Below the pieces are notes generated by a model. It was not told the DNA's origin. It ran no database searches and saw only the letters and a list, made by a program, of their open reading frames with translations. Below, piece by piece: positions 35,982-47,692 of a stretch of 64,000 bases of DNA. Source of the stretch: Mustelus asterias. Its lineage: Eukaryota. The DNA lies in contig NW_027590160.1 in assembly GCF_964213995.1 (NCBI RefSeq), positions 186,001 through 250,000 of the forward strand. Direction: 5' to 3'. Numbering within the stretch: the stretch's first letter is position 1; the number at the start of each line of letters is the position of its first letter. Position numbers and translations under genes: made by a program.

Positions 35982-36572
35982 TCACTTGTGAACTTGCTGG
36001 TGTGTCAGCAGGTGGGCTAGCTGACTGAATCCCCTCTCACACACTGAACAGGTGAATGGCCTCTCCCGGGTGTGAATTCGCTGGTGTGTCAAAAGGTTGG
36101 ATGAAGTTGTGAATCCTTTCTCACACATGGAACAAACGAATGGTCTCTCGCCAGTGTGAACTCGCTGGTGTGTAAGCAGGTTTGATGAATTAGTGAATCG
36201 CTTCTCACACACAGAGCAGGTGAATGGCCTCTCCCTAGTGTGAACACGCTGGTGTGTCAGCAGCTGGGATAACTGAGTGAATCCCCTCCCACAAACAGAG
36301 CAGGTGAATGGCTTCTCTCCAGTATGAACTCTCCAGTGTATCAGAAGCTCAGATGACTGAGTGAATCCCTTCCCACACACACAACAGGGGAACGGTCTCT
36401 CCCCTGTGTGAAATCGCTGGTGTCTCAGCAGAGTGGTTGACTGAGTGAATCCCTTCCCACATACAGAGCAGGTGAATGGTTTCTCTCCAGTGTGACTGCG
36501 TCGATGAATTTCCAGCAGGGATGGATACTTGAATCCCTTTCCACAATCCCCACATTTACACGGTTTCTCTGT
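35982..36572 (-). pseudogene. ZNF-D, seven-finger open frame with family start ATG replaced by ACA
   Basis: Stop-free frame [10 protein letters not shown]...HQQVHK*; the paralog ZNF-C has MEKPWKC at this position. Confidence 0.8.
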
Positions 36573-37159
36573 GGGGCTGGTATCCTTGTTTCTCTCCAGG
36601 TTGGTTGATCAGTTCAAGCCTCGTACACAGTACATGTGGATTCTATCTGCTTCAAATGTTGAAATGTTTTAAAGGCTATGCAACTTGTTAAAACAATCTT
36701 CCCTCCACATTCAAAGGCCAATGATACTCACACTCTGATTCATTGAGTATCAGATGTTGATGCGATGTTTGGTTTGCATTTCCTATCTCCAAATCCTCTG
36801 CTTCTAATAACCTGATAAAGGAGTTTAAAAAGTCATCACTGTCAGTACAAGATAGAAATTCAGAACAGACAGTTCTCATTTGGTGGAATATTTTTCACTT
36901 TCATTCCCCAAATGACTTTGACCCTGAATTGATCCTTAATTAAATATTTTCTCCACAAATCCTCAGCTTTTAATATGCTGTCAATGGGGTTTACAAATGT
37001 AACCAAATGTCAGTCCAGGACAGAAACTCTGAACAGGCAATTCTAGTTTCTCTGGAACATTTTATCCTCTCTTGTTCCCCCAAATCTGTAAATTCCCGTC
37101 CCACACACTCTCTGGATATCCAAATTAAGTTTTAGATAATTTTTTCCAGATCCTTTTAA

Positions 37160-37450
37160 AGTAAAGTCCATTTATTAGTCACAAGTAGGCTTACATTAAC
37201 ACCGCAATGAAGTTACCATGAAAATCCCCGAGTCGCCACACTCCAGCGTCTGTTCGGGTACACTGAGAGAGAATTTATCATGGCCAATGCACCTAACCAG
37301 CACATTTTTCAGATTGTGGGAGGAAACCGGAGCACCCGGAGGAAACCCAACGCAGACACGGGGAGGACATGCAAACTCCACACAGACCCAATCTGGGAAA
37401 CGAACCCAGGTCCCTGACGCTGAAAAGCAGCAGTGCTAACCACTGTACCA
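37160..37450 (-). mobile_element. HE1-headed SINE, alternative tail
   Basis: Similar to 7632-7943. Confidence 0.75.
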
Positions 37451-37494
37451 TTTGTCAAATTTTTGACAAATTTAACAAAAAAACCCAATTTTAA

Positions 37495-37837
37495 GGGCGG
37501 CACGGTAGCAGAGTGGTTAGCACTGCTGCTTCACAGCTCCAGGGACCTGGGTTCGATTCCCGGCTTGGGTCACTGTCTGTGTGGAGTTTGCACATTCTCC
37601 TCGTGTCTGCGTGGGTTTCCTCCGGGTGCTCCGGTTTCCTCCCACAGTCCAAAGGTGTGCGGGTTAGGTTGATTGGCCATGCTAAAAATTGCCCCTTAGT
37701 GTCCTGGGATGCATAGATTAGAGGTATTAGCGGGTAAAAATATGTAGGGATATGGGGGTAGGGCCTGGGTGGGATTGTGGTCGGTGTAGACTCGATGGGC
37801 CGAATGGCCTCTTTCTGCACTGTAGGGTTTCTATGAT
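37495..37837 (+). mobile_element. HE1-type SINE, full length
   Basis: GGGCGGCACGGTAGCAGAGTGG...GGTTCGATTCC...TTTCTATGA. Confidence 0.85.
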
Positions 37838-38099
37838 TTAACAAAAATAACAAACTGAACATAATTTCATTCATACCTTGTGACAAAACAGGAATCTGAA
37901 TCTTGTGCCCAGAATGGAATGTGTGGAGATTTTCTCAGCGAAGCCTCAGTCACCCTCACTGAGACTAACTTTAAATTGCAGATTGTATTAATTGAATGGA
38001 TTTGAAGCCCTGTCCCCAGAACATTGTGCTGTCTCTCTGGATTACTAATGCAGTGACATTGTCACTCGGTCACCGTGTCCCCTTCTCTCTTTGTTGGAG

Positions 38100-38660
38100 A
38101 GGGTTTGAGGGCAGAAACCGGAAGCGGTGGACAGGGAGAGTGGAGAATGTTCATTGTAAACCCCGCCCCCCGGCACTGACCTCTCACCCGACACCTCACA
38201 ATGCCCGGGGACTGATTGACGGCAGTTCCGGGCCAATAGAGGGAGAGGAGGCTGGACGGTCGCGAGGGAGCAGCTGGTCCTCCGACCAATCGGAGTGAAT
38301 GAGGGGCGGGGCTGAGTGAAGCATGCGCAGTGTGATTAATGGCGGTGGAGACATTCTTTCTCGGATCCACAATCAGTAAAGGTGGGAATGGCGGGGCGGA
38401 GCACGCGATAGACCAGGCGGGGGTTTGGAGAGGCGTCGTAAACATGTTACGTAAACTGCTATCTCTTAAAAAGAATCTAGCGATATCAGAGGATGGTCCC
38501 GGCCCTCAGCACAGAGCAGGGCCTCGGCATTCTCCCAGTTACAGACCCGGGTTAATCAGGGCCATCGTTATCGGGGCACGAGCAACACGGCGCGTGCGCA
38601 GTCGCCGTCTTCAGTCGGCGCACTAGCAACACGGCGCATGCGCGTTCGCCATCTTTGTTT
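38100..38660. promoter_or_regulatory. Type-1 bidirectional CpG promoter between divergent ZNF-D (-) and ZNF-E (+)
   Basis: ETS-like ACCGGAAG, TGATTGACGG, CCAAT at 38233 and 38286, GC boxes, GCATGCGCAG, and a duplicated NRF1+YY1-like unit at 38582-38656. Confidence 0.7.
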
Positions 38661-39337
38661 GGGGCAATGTTTTGGAATTACCACTGACAGAATGTGAATA
38701 ACTTGACCATCAAACTGCTTCACCCTTTCACTTCCAATCTCTTACTGATGAGAACAACGATATCAGGGCAGTTGCAATCATTTCTATTCATATTGTGTCT
38801 TTAACATCATAAAACAGCCCCAGACATTTTCTCAGAAATGTTATACACTGACATTTGATACTGAGCCATATTAGGACAGGTGACCAAAGGTTTGGTCAAA
38901 GAGGTGGGTTTTAAAGAAAGCAGAGGTGATGGACAGGCAGAGAGATTTAAAGAAGAGATTGCAGAGCTTGTGGCCTGTGGAACTGAAAGGATGATTTGTA
39001 ATGGTATAATGATTAAAACTGAGAATGCTCAAGAGGAATTAGATTATCATCGAGATCTCAGAGGAGTGTGTGTGGCTGGAGAAGATTACAGACACGGGAA
39101 TGATTGTAACCATGGAGGAAAACAAAGATGAGAATTTTAAAAATCTGATGCTTCTTAAAAGGAAGCATTTATAGATCAGCAAGCATAGGGGCGATGGGTG
39201 AACATGATTTGGTGTGAGTAAGCACATGGGCAGTTTAGGATGGTTTGGAGGGGGTTGCTTAATGTTGGAGGCCGGTTGGAACCGTATTGGAATTGTTTAT
39301 TCCAGAGGTAAGAAAGGAATGGATGATGGATTCTGCA

Positions 39338-39897
39338 GCGACATGATGGCACAGTGGTTAGCACTGCTGCCTCACAGCTCCAGGGACCTGGGTTCGATTC
39401 CCAGCTTGGGTCACTGTCTGTGTGGAGTTTGCACATTCTCCTCGTGTCTGCGTGGGTTTCCTCTGGGTGCTCCAGTTTCCTCCCACAGTCCAAAGATGTG
39501 TGGTTAGGTTGATTGGCCAGGTTAAAAATTGCCCCTTAGAGTCCTGAGATGTGTAGGTTAGAGGGATTAGCGGGTACATATGTGGGGATAGGGCCTGGGT
39601 GGGATTGTGGTCGGTGCAGACTCGATGGGCTGAATGGCCTCCTTCTGCACTGTAGGGTTTCTATGATTCTATGATTCTCCCCGTGTCTGCGTGGGTTTCC
39701 TCCGGGTGCTCCGGTTTCCTTCCATACTCCAGAGATGTGTGGATTAGGTTGATTGGCTATGCTAAGTTGCCCCTTAGTGTCAGGGTTTAGCAGGGTAAAT
39801 ACATGGGGCGATGGGGATAGGGCCGAGGTGGGATTGTTGTCGGTGTGGGCTTTATGGGCCGAATGGCCTCCTTCTGCACCGTAGAGATTCTATGATT
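39338..39897 (+). mobile_element. Two adjacent HE1-type SINEs (one full, one 5'-truncated)
   Basis: Two CTATGATT tails at ~39675 and ~39897. Confidence 0.8.
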
Positions 39898-40671
39898 AAC
39901 TGAGGCTAAGGCAGAGTTGGGGGATGTTACTGAGGTGGAAACAGATGATTTTGGTGATGATGTGGATATGTGGCCTAAAACTCTTCTCAAGTAAGACACC
40001 ATGATCGTGAACAACTAAGTTCAGCTTCAGATATTTAACATGGAGAGGGCGGAGTCAGTTGTGAGGGTGGTGAAGTTTGTAGTGGGGACTGAAGACAATG
40101 ACTCCAGTCTTCCCGATATTTAAATGCTGGAAACTTCTGCTCATGCAGTAGTTGATGTCAGACAAGTCAGGATGTTGTATGAGTTGGAGGGGAACTAGGA
40201 GGTGATGATCTTCACATGCACCTACTACCCTGGTCCAGCTAAATGGTGGAGGTTGAGAGATTAGGAGATTCTGGTCAGGATGTAGATGTAGAGAAACCCT
40301 CTCCTTCACCCTCTGCTTCTTCCACCTCTCTCACCCCTTCGATAGATATTGGTTCATGTGTCAGTCCAGAGCAGGTGGCAGGTTTCCTTCCCTGAAGCAT
40401 GAGTGAATCAGTTGGGTTTTTATGACGATCCAGCAGCTTTCATGGTCACTTTTTCTTAATGCCGGCCCCACAAATTACCCCATTCATTCAGCTCAATTTC
40501 ACGACCTGTTTTTGTGTGTTCTCTCTCACTCCCTTTTTTTCTGTTTTAAATCAATTTCACAGTGTCTTAGAAGATTAGGATTTGCAGTTGGGAAACTGAA
40601 ACCAAACTCCACATCAGGATCTCACAGAGTCGCCTAATTTTTTGTGACCGGAATATCATCGGATTTTGAAC

Positions 40672-41541
40672 ATGGAAGGAAAAAGCACCGTTCACAGTGG
40701 GGAGAAACCTTACTCGTGTTCCGTTTGTGGACAAGACTTCAACCAATCATCTGGCCTGTTCAAACATAAATGCAGTCATGATGAGGAGAAGCCGTGGAAA
40801 TGTGGGGTCTGTGGGAAGGGATTCAATTACCCATCCCAGCTGGAAACTCATCGGCGTGGTCACACCGGGGAGAGGCCGTTTACCTGCTCGGACTGCGGGA
40901 AGGGATTCACTAAGTTATCCACCCTGCAGAATCACCAGCGCACACACACTGGGCAGAGGCCATTCACCTGCTCTTTGTGTGGGAAGGGATTCACTCAGTC
41001 ATCCACCCTGATTAAACACAAACTAATTCACACTGGGGAGAGACCATTCACCTGCTCTGTGTGTGGGATGGGATTCACTCAGTCATCCACGCTGCTGACA
41101 CACCAGCGAATTCACACCGGGGAGAAACGATTCATCTGCTCTGAGTGTGGAAAGGGATTCACTCACAAATCCACCCTGCTGACACACCAGCAAGTTCACA
41201 CGAGGCAGAGACCATTCACCTGCTCCCAGTGTGGGAAGGGATTTGTTAATTCATCCATCCTAATTACACACCAAAGAGGCCACACTGATGAGAGACCGTT
41301 TAAGTGTCTGAAGTGTGGGAAATGTTTTAAAACCTCGCAGGAACTGGTGTCCCATCAACAAGTTCACACTGACGAGAAACCATTCAGATGCTCTCACTGT
41401 GGGACTGGGTTCAGGCGATCATCTCATCTCACTGTCCATCAGCGGGTTCACACCGGGGAGAGACCATTCACCTGCACCAAGTGTGGGAAGAGATTCACTC
41501 AGTCATCCGCATTGCTGAGACACCAGCAAGTTCATAACTAA
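40672..41541 (+). CDS. Tandem C2H2 zinc-finger protein (ZNF-E), 10 fingers
   Basis: ATG 40672 [13 protein letters not shown], acceptor TTTCACAG ending at 40562, AATAAA at ~41595. Confidence 0.9.
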   Translation: MEGKSTVHSGEKPYSCSVCGQDFNQSSGLFKHKCSHDEEKPWKCGVCGKGFNYPSQLETHRRGHTGERPFTCSDCGKGFTKLSTLQNHQRTHTGQRPFTCSLCGKGFTQSSTLIKHKLIHTGERPFTCSVCGMGFTQSSTLLTHQRIHTGEKRFICSECGKGFTHKSTLLTHQQVHTRQRPFTCSQCGKGFVNSSILITHQRGHTDERPFKCLKCGKCFKTSQELVSHQQVHTDEKPFRCSHCGTGFRRSSHLTVHQRVHTGERPFTCTKCGKRFTQSSALLRHQQVHN

Positions 41542-42069
41542 CTGGAGATTGGATGTTGTTGTCAGTCACATTGTGGTCTGCACCTGCTGATGTTAATAAA
41601 CTTCAGGCCAGTTATAGAGGCGAATATTCTGGACAAAATTCAAATACACCGTCTTTGTGTTAATGTATTGTCTGTTGTCTTTTTTAAAAATGTGTGAATG
41701 GTTCTCCTTTTGAAGGGTCTCTCTCCTGTCTCCTCCATCCTCATCTTCAACAACTTAAGTGTGAGGAGCTCGTGGAGCTTCTTTGTCTCTAAGATTGAGA
41801 CAATCTGATCAGCTGCTTCCCTCCCTTCCACTGGACCACCAGACAAAGCTCTCTCTGAAATTTCCCTTTTTCCAAGTACTGAACTCACATCTTTCTCCAA
41901 TTCTTCTGCTATCTCCCATCAAACCCTCTCACTGCTCATATTGTCCATGAGACCTCCCTTCATCTCCCTTTACCCTCTAAACCACTGATAACCCAACTTC
42001 CCCATATTATTTAATATTGTCAATGGTTCTCTCTTTTGATACTGTCCCTCTCATCTGTAACTCACCTTC

Positions 42070-43090
42070 ACTGGTGAATCTCCCCTGCACCCCCTCCAAC
42101 GCAATCACATCCTTCTTATAATGTGGCGACCAGAACTGGACACAGTATTCCAGCAGTGACCTCACCACAGTTCTATGCAACTCCAACATGACTTCCTTGC
42201 TTTTGTAATCTATACCTCAATTGATAAAGGCAAGTGTCCTACATGCCTTTTTCACCAGCCTTCTAACATACACTTCTGTCCTCAGAGATCTATAGACAAT
42301 CACACCCAGGTCCCTTTGTTCCACAGAGCTTACTAGTGTCATGCCGTTCACTGAATTTTTCCTTGTCAAATTACTCCTTCCAAAAAGTGTGTCGCCTCAC
42401 ACTCAGTCTACCACTTATCTGCCCATTTGACCATTCTGTCTATATCTTCCTGTAGCCCAAGACACTCACCCTCACTGATTTTGATTTGATTTGATTTGTT
42501 ATTGTCACTTGTTTCTTGCACGCTATAAGACAAAACATACCATTCATAGAGAAGGAAACGAGAGAGTGCAGAATATAGTGTTACAGTCATAGCTGGGGCG
42601 TAGAGAAAGATCAACTTAATGCAAGGTAAGTCCATTCAAAAGTCAGACAGTAGCAGGGAAGAAGCTGTTCTTGAGTCAGTTGGTACGTGACCTCAGACTT
42701 TTGTATCTTTTTCCCGAACGAAGAAGGTGGAAGAGAGAATGACCAGGGTGCGTGGGGTCCTTAATTATGCTGGCTGCTTTGCCGAGGCAGCGGAAAGTGT
42801 CGCAGAGTCAATGGATGGGAGGCTGGTTTGCGTGATGTATTGGGCTCCATTCACGACCTTTTGTAGTTCCTTGCGGTCTTGGGCAGCTCACCTGGCCAAT
42901 CTTTGTATCATCCTCAAACTTACCAATCCTATCCCCCACATAGTCATCTATGTCATTTATATCAATGATAATAGGGGCCCGCCACTGGACCCTGGCCTCC
43001 AGTTAGTAAAGCAGCTTCTGTCATCACCCTCTGTCTCCTACAACTGAGCCAATGTTGAATCCACTTTATCAAATTACTGAGTATCCCATG
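42070..43090 (-). mobile_element. Decayed CR1 with nested Rex1-type 3' fragment (42478-42885)
   Basis: VVRSLLEYCVQFWSPHY and LQEDIDRMVKWADKW. The nested part matches 53030-53420 and has an (AATCA)n tail. Confidence 0.75.
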
Positions 43091-43544
43091 CCCACTATTT
43101 TGAGGAAGAGCAGGGGAATTATCCCGAGTCCAGGCCAATATCTATCAATCAACATCACTAAAAACACATCAACAGACATTGTTTGTGGGCTCTTGCTGTG
43201 TGTAAATTGGCTGCCACATTTCCTAAATTACAACAGTGACTACACTTCAGAATGGCTGTAAAATGTTCTGGGACTTACTGTGGATGTGTAAGATGCTATG
43301 TAAATGCAAGTCTGTAAATGTAAGATGTTATCTGATCCAACCATTACAATATAATGATCTATTAGATTACACTTCAAATCTACTTCATTGGCTGTAAAAT
43401 GCTTTCGGAGATCCTGTGGTCCTGAAAGTTGCTGTAGAAATGCAACTGCGGTTGAACAATGCGAACAGGGGATCTGTAGCTGCCAGTTCTGGATTCCCAG
43501 CCTACACAGGGTGTTTATTTAGCCTCTCAAACCCAAATCCCGGC

Positions 43545-43790
43545 CCCATTCCTCCCGCTCACCTCCAGATTCAGAATCTGAATCGCTGTCAATTTCCCTC
43601 CAACAACATCGCTCCAGTATCGGCACTGCGCATGCTCCCGTTCACAATGCCCGGGGATTGATTGACGGCAGCTCCGGACCAATAGGAAGATGGGGCGGGG
43701 CTGGAGGACCGAGCGGGAGCGGCTGTTCCTCCAACCAATGGGAGTGAATGGCGGGGGGCGGGGAGAGCCTGGAGCTCCCTCATTGGCTGA
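43545..43790. promoter_or_regulatory. Third copy of the type-1 ZNF promoter module
   Basis: ACTGCGCATGCTCC, TGATTGACGGCAG, CCAAT at 43679 and 43735, GC boxes; co-linear with 1017-1150. Confidence 0.7.
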
Positions 43791-43799
43791 AACTCTGCA

Positions 43800-44052
43800 T
43801 CAAAGTAAAGTTTATTTATCAGTCACAAGTAGGCTTACATTAACACCGCAATGAAGTTACTGTAAAATTTCCCTAGTCGCCACACTCCGGCGCCTGTTCG
43901 GGTCAATGCACCTAACCAGCACGTCTTTCAGACTGTGGGAGGAAACCGGAGGAAACTCACGCAGACACAGGGAGAATGTGCAAACTCCACACAGACAGTG
44001 ACCCAAGCCGGGAATCGAACCCGGGTCTTTGGCGCTGTGAGGCAGCAGTGCT
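43800..44052 (-). mobile_element. HE1-headed SINE, alternative tail
   Basis: Similar to 7632-7943. Confidence 0.75.
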
Positions 44053-44449
44053 GCCTTCATTTTAAAAGTTGCTCTGTGTCAAACTCCAGGAGAAAACTGG
44101 ACCTTTCTGTTTGTGGCTTTAAACAGATGGAGCCCTGTGGGTGCGGAGCAAACAGGTCAACATTTGTCACTGAAATGTGGGAGCATGAGAGAGCAATTCA
44201 CAACAATTGTAGGGCTGAGTTAAAGGAATAACTGAGCAGACAGGGATTGTCACCATTAAAACAACAGACCCTTGTTTCAGTAAATGAACCGACAGGAGGG
44301 TTAGGGCAGGTTTGGATAAGGTTAATACTGTCATCATTCAGAACAACACAGACTATAAAGGAACAACTGATCTGAGAGAAAAATTCATGTGCTGTGAGGG
44401 AGAGGTATGCTGAATCAGGTTCAAAGATCTTAAATAATGTTTCTTCTTG

Positions 44450-44920
44450 AATCACTACAGTGGAGAAAGAGGCCAGTCAGCCCATCGAGTCTCACCGACT
44501 CTTCCTCGGCTTACCCCCTAACCCATACACTAAGAGGCAATTTGCCATGGCCAATCCACCTAACCTGCACATCTTGGGAGTGTGGGAGGAAACTGGAGCA
44601 CTCTGAGCAAACCTATGCAGACACAGGGAGAACGTGCAAACTCCACACAGAGAGCTGTGGCACAGTGGTTAGCACTGCTACCTCAGAGTGCCAGGGATCC
44701 GGTTCAATTCCGGTCTTGGGTGACTGTCTGTGTGGAGTTCGCACGTTCTCTCCGTATCTGCATGTGTTTCCTCCGGGTGCTCAGGTTTCCTCCCACAGTC
44801 TGGAAGACATGCTGGTTAGGTGCATTGGCTGTGCTAAATTCTCCTTCAGTGTACCCAAACAGGCGCCGAGTGTGGCGACTGGGGGATTTTCATAGTAACT
44901 TCATTGCAGCGTTAATGTAA
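44450..44920. mobile_element. Two head-to-head SINE copies
   Basis: Minus-strand copy to ~44650 abuts a plus-strand copy from ~44655. Confidence 0.7.
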
Positions 44921-45805
44921 GTTGTGTGGTGTCATGGTCACTGTTCTCCTGAAGGCTGGGTAGTTTGCTGCGGACAATGGTCTGTTTGAGTTTGTGCGGT
45001 TGTTTGAAGGCAAGAAGTGGGGGTGTGGGGATGGCCTTGGCGAGATGTTCATCAAACTACCCAGCCTTCAGGAGAACAGTGACCATGACACCACACAACC
45101 CTGCCACAGCAACCTCTGCAAGACGTGCCGGATCATCGACACAGATGCCATCATCTCACGTGAGAACACCTTCCACCAGGTACACGGTACGTACTCTTGC
45201 AACTCGGCCAACGTTGTCTACCTGATACGCTGCAAGAAAGGATGTCCCGAGGCATGGTCACATTGGGGAAACTATGCAGACGCTGCGACAACGGATGAAT
45301 GAACACCACTCGACAATCACCAGGCAAGACTGTTCTCTTCCTGTTGGGGAGCACTTCAGCGGTCACGGGCATTCGGCCTCTGATATTCGGGTAAGCGTTC
45401 TCCAAGGTGGCCTTCGCGACACACGACGGCGCAGAGTCGCTGAGCAGAAACTGATAGCCAAGTTCCGCACACACGAGGACGGCCTCAACCGGGATATTGG
45501 GTTCATGGCACACTATTTGTAACCCCCACAGAGTTTCACTGGCTGTCTTGTCTGGAGACAATACACATCTTTTTAGCCTGTCTTGATGCTCTCTCCGCTC
45601 ACATTGTTTTGTTTCTTAAAGACTTGATTAGTTGTAAGTATTCGCATTCCAATTATTCATGTAAATTGAGTTTGTGTCTTTATATGCTCTGTTTGTGAAC
45701 AGAATTCCCACTCACCTGAAGAAGGGGCTTGCAGCTCCGAAAGCTTGCGTGGCTTTTGCTACCAAATAAACCTGTTGGACTTTAACCTGGTGTTGTTAAA
45801 CTTCT
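44921..45805 (+). mobile_element. Penelope-like element 3' fragment with inverted 5' segment
   Basis: GIY-YIG region 45053-45522 and pseudo-LTR to 45805. 44921-44967 is the reverse complement of 45053-45099. Confidence 0.9.
45711..45752 (+). ncRNA. Minimal type-I hammerhead ribozyme motif in PLE pseudo-LTR
   Basis: CUCAC-CUGAAGA-A-GGGGC-uugca-GCUCC-GAAA-GC-UU-GCGUG; one extra stem I mismatch. Confidence 0.55.
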
Positions 45806-47692
45806 CATTGCATTACTCCAGAGAACCTTGGAATCAGATTTACAGAATGGATTCCTGTAATAGCAGCAATCCCATTGCTATATGTTGGTCAGACTGAGGG
45901 TAGTATTTAAACTGGACACCATAGGTGTGTTAAAGGATAACGTACTCATGGAATTTATGAACTATCTGAAATAATATTGAGAGCAAAGAAATCAATCTGG
46001 AAAATTGTAGTCACTTCACGTTGTTCCAGGAGAAGTGGGATTAGGTTGTGTAGGTGTCAGGTTTTACACAGCACACAGTCAGCCTGTGGTTTCACCCTGG
46101 ATGAAGAATCTCTGAATTGTACCATTCAAATTACTCAATGGGTTTATCAGGGGCCAGAATGTCTGCTCAGAAAGAGGAAGGTTGGTGTGAAACCAATGAG
46201 AAGTAACACACACACTCACAGACACCCTTACACACACACTCACAGACACCCTCACACACACACAGACTCTCAGATGCCTCAAAATATCTCCTGTCACCTT
46301 ATTGTTCTTAGATTTTTTGAAATAAATCCTGAATGAATTATAAAATCACACACAAATACTTGTTGAGCTTCCCCTGAAAGACATCGATACTGTTCATTTC
46401 ACTCCCTGTGGTCATGATTTCCATATTCTCACCACTCTTTGGGTGGAGAAATTTATCTTGGATTTCCTATTGGGTTTCTTGGCGACTGTCTTGTATTGAT
46501 GGTCTCCAGTTTTGCTCTTCTGCACAAGAGGAAACATTATTTCAAAACCTTTTATAATTTTGAAGCCCTCTATTAGGTTCCCCCTCAGCCTTAATTTTTC
46601 AAGAAAGCGTGAGCGTGTCAATCCTTTCCTGATAGATAACCAAACACACAGTTTAAAAATCATTTATGGGATGTGGACATCGCGAGCTTGGCCAGCATTT
46701 ATTGCTAACCCCTGATTGACCTTGAGAAGGTGGTGGTGAGCTGCTTTCTACATTTCTGGTATCATCATTAAAAATCATCTCTGTACCCTTCTCCAGTGCC
46801 GAGATATCTTTTTTATAATACGGTGACCAGAATGGCATGCAGTGGTCGGTAAGATTCTTGATCAGGGAGTCACAGGTTATCCAAAAGTGGTTTGAGCTTA
46901 TCCATGGTTTTAAATTAGAATATTAAGAAGCAACAATTTTAAAATGATGCATTGTAAACAGGGAAAGAAAAACAGAATACCCATGGCAGGTGACTAGCTG
47001 GGGTCTCAGCACTGATCCTGCATTACCCCAATAATCATTGCCTGCCAGTTGGAAAAAGACCTGTTTAATCTTACTCTATTTCCTGTCTGCCAACAAGTTT
47101 TCAATCTCAATACATTCGCCCCAATCCCATGTGCTTCAATTTTTGTGAAGAAGTTGCTGTGTTGGCGGACGAGGGAATCGGGTTCACATTTTCTATCTCA
47201 GGGCATAATCATCAACAACTTGTATTTACACAGAGTGTTGTGGGACTGGAGGAGGTTACCGAGATACTGAGGAACTTTTTTAAATTCATTTTTACTGGAT
47301 GTAGGCGTCACTGGCTGGGCCAGCATTTCTTGCCCATCTCTAACTGCCCTCCATTTCAGAAGGCATTTGAGAGTCAACCACATTGCTGTGGGTCTGGAGT
47401 CACATGTAGGCCAGACCAGGTAAGGACAGCAGGTTTCCTTTCTTAAAGGACATGACTGAACCAGAGTGGTTTTGACGACGATCAACAATGGTTAAGGTTT
47501 GTCATTAGACTTTTAATTCGAGATTTTAATTGAATTCAAATTTCACCATTGCCTGTGGTGGGATTCGAACCTGGGTCCCCAGAGCCTTACCCTGAGTCCA
47601 GTGATAATTCCACTGTGCCACTGCCTCCCCTATTCATCCAATTGTTATTGTTTATCTCAGGGCGCAGAAACAACAGAATCCAACTTTGCCGA

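Noticed and set aside
37495-37570. tRNA-like sequences with A/B boxes
   Set aside because: They are SINE heads continuing into SINE bodies; no complete cloverleaf gene was identified.
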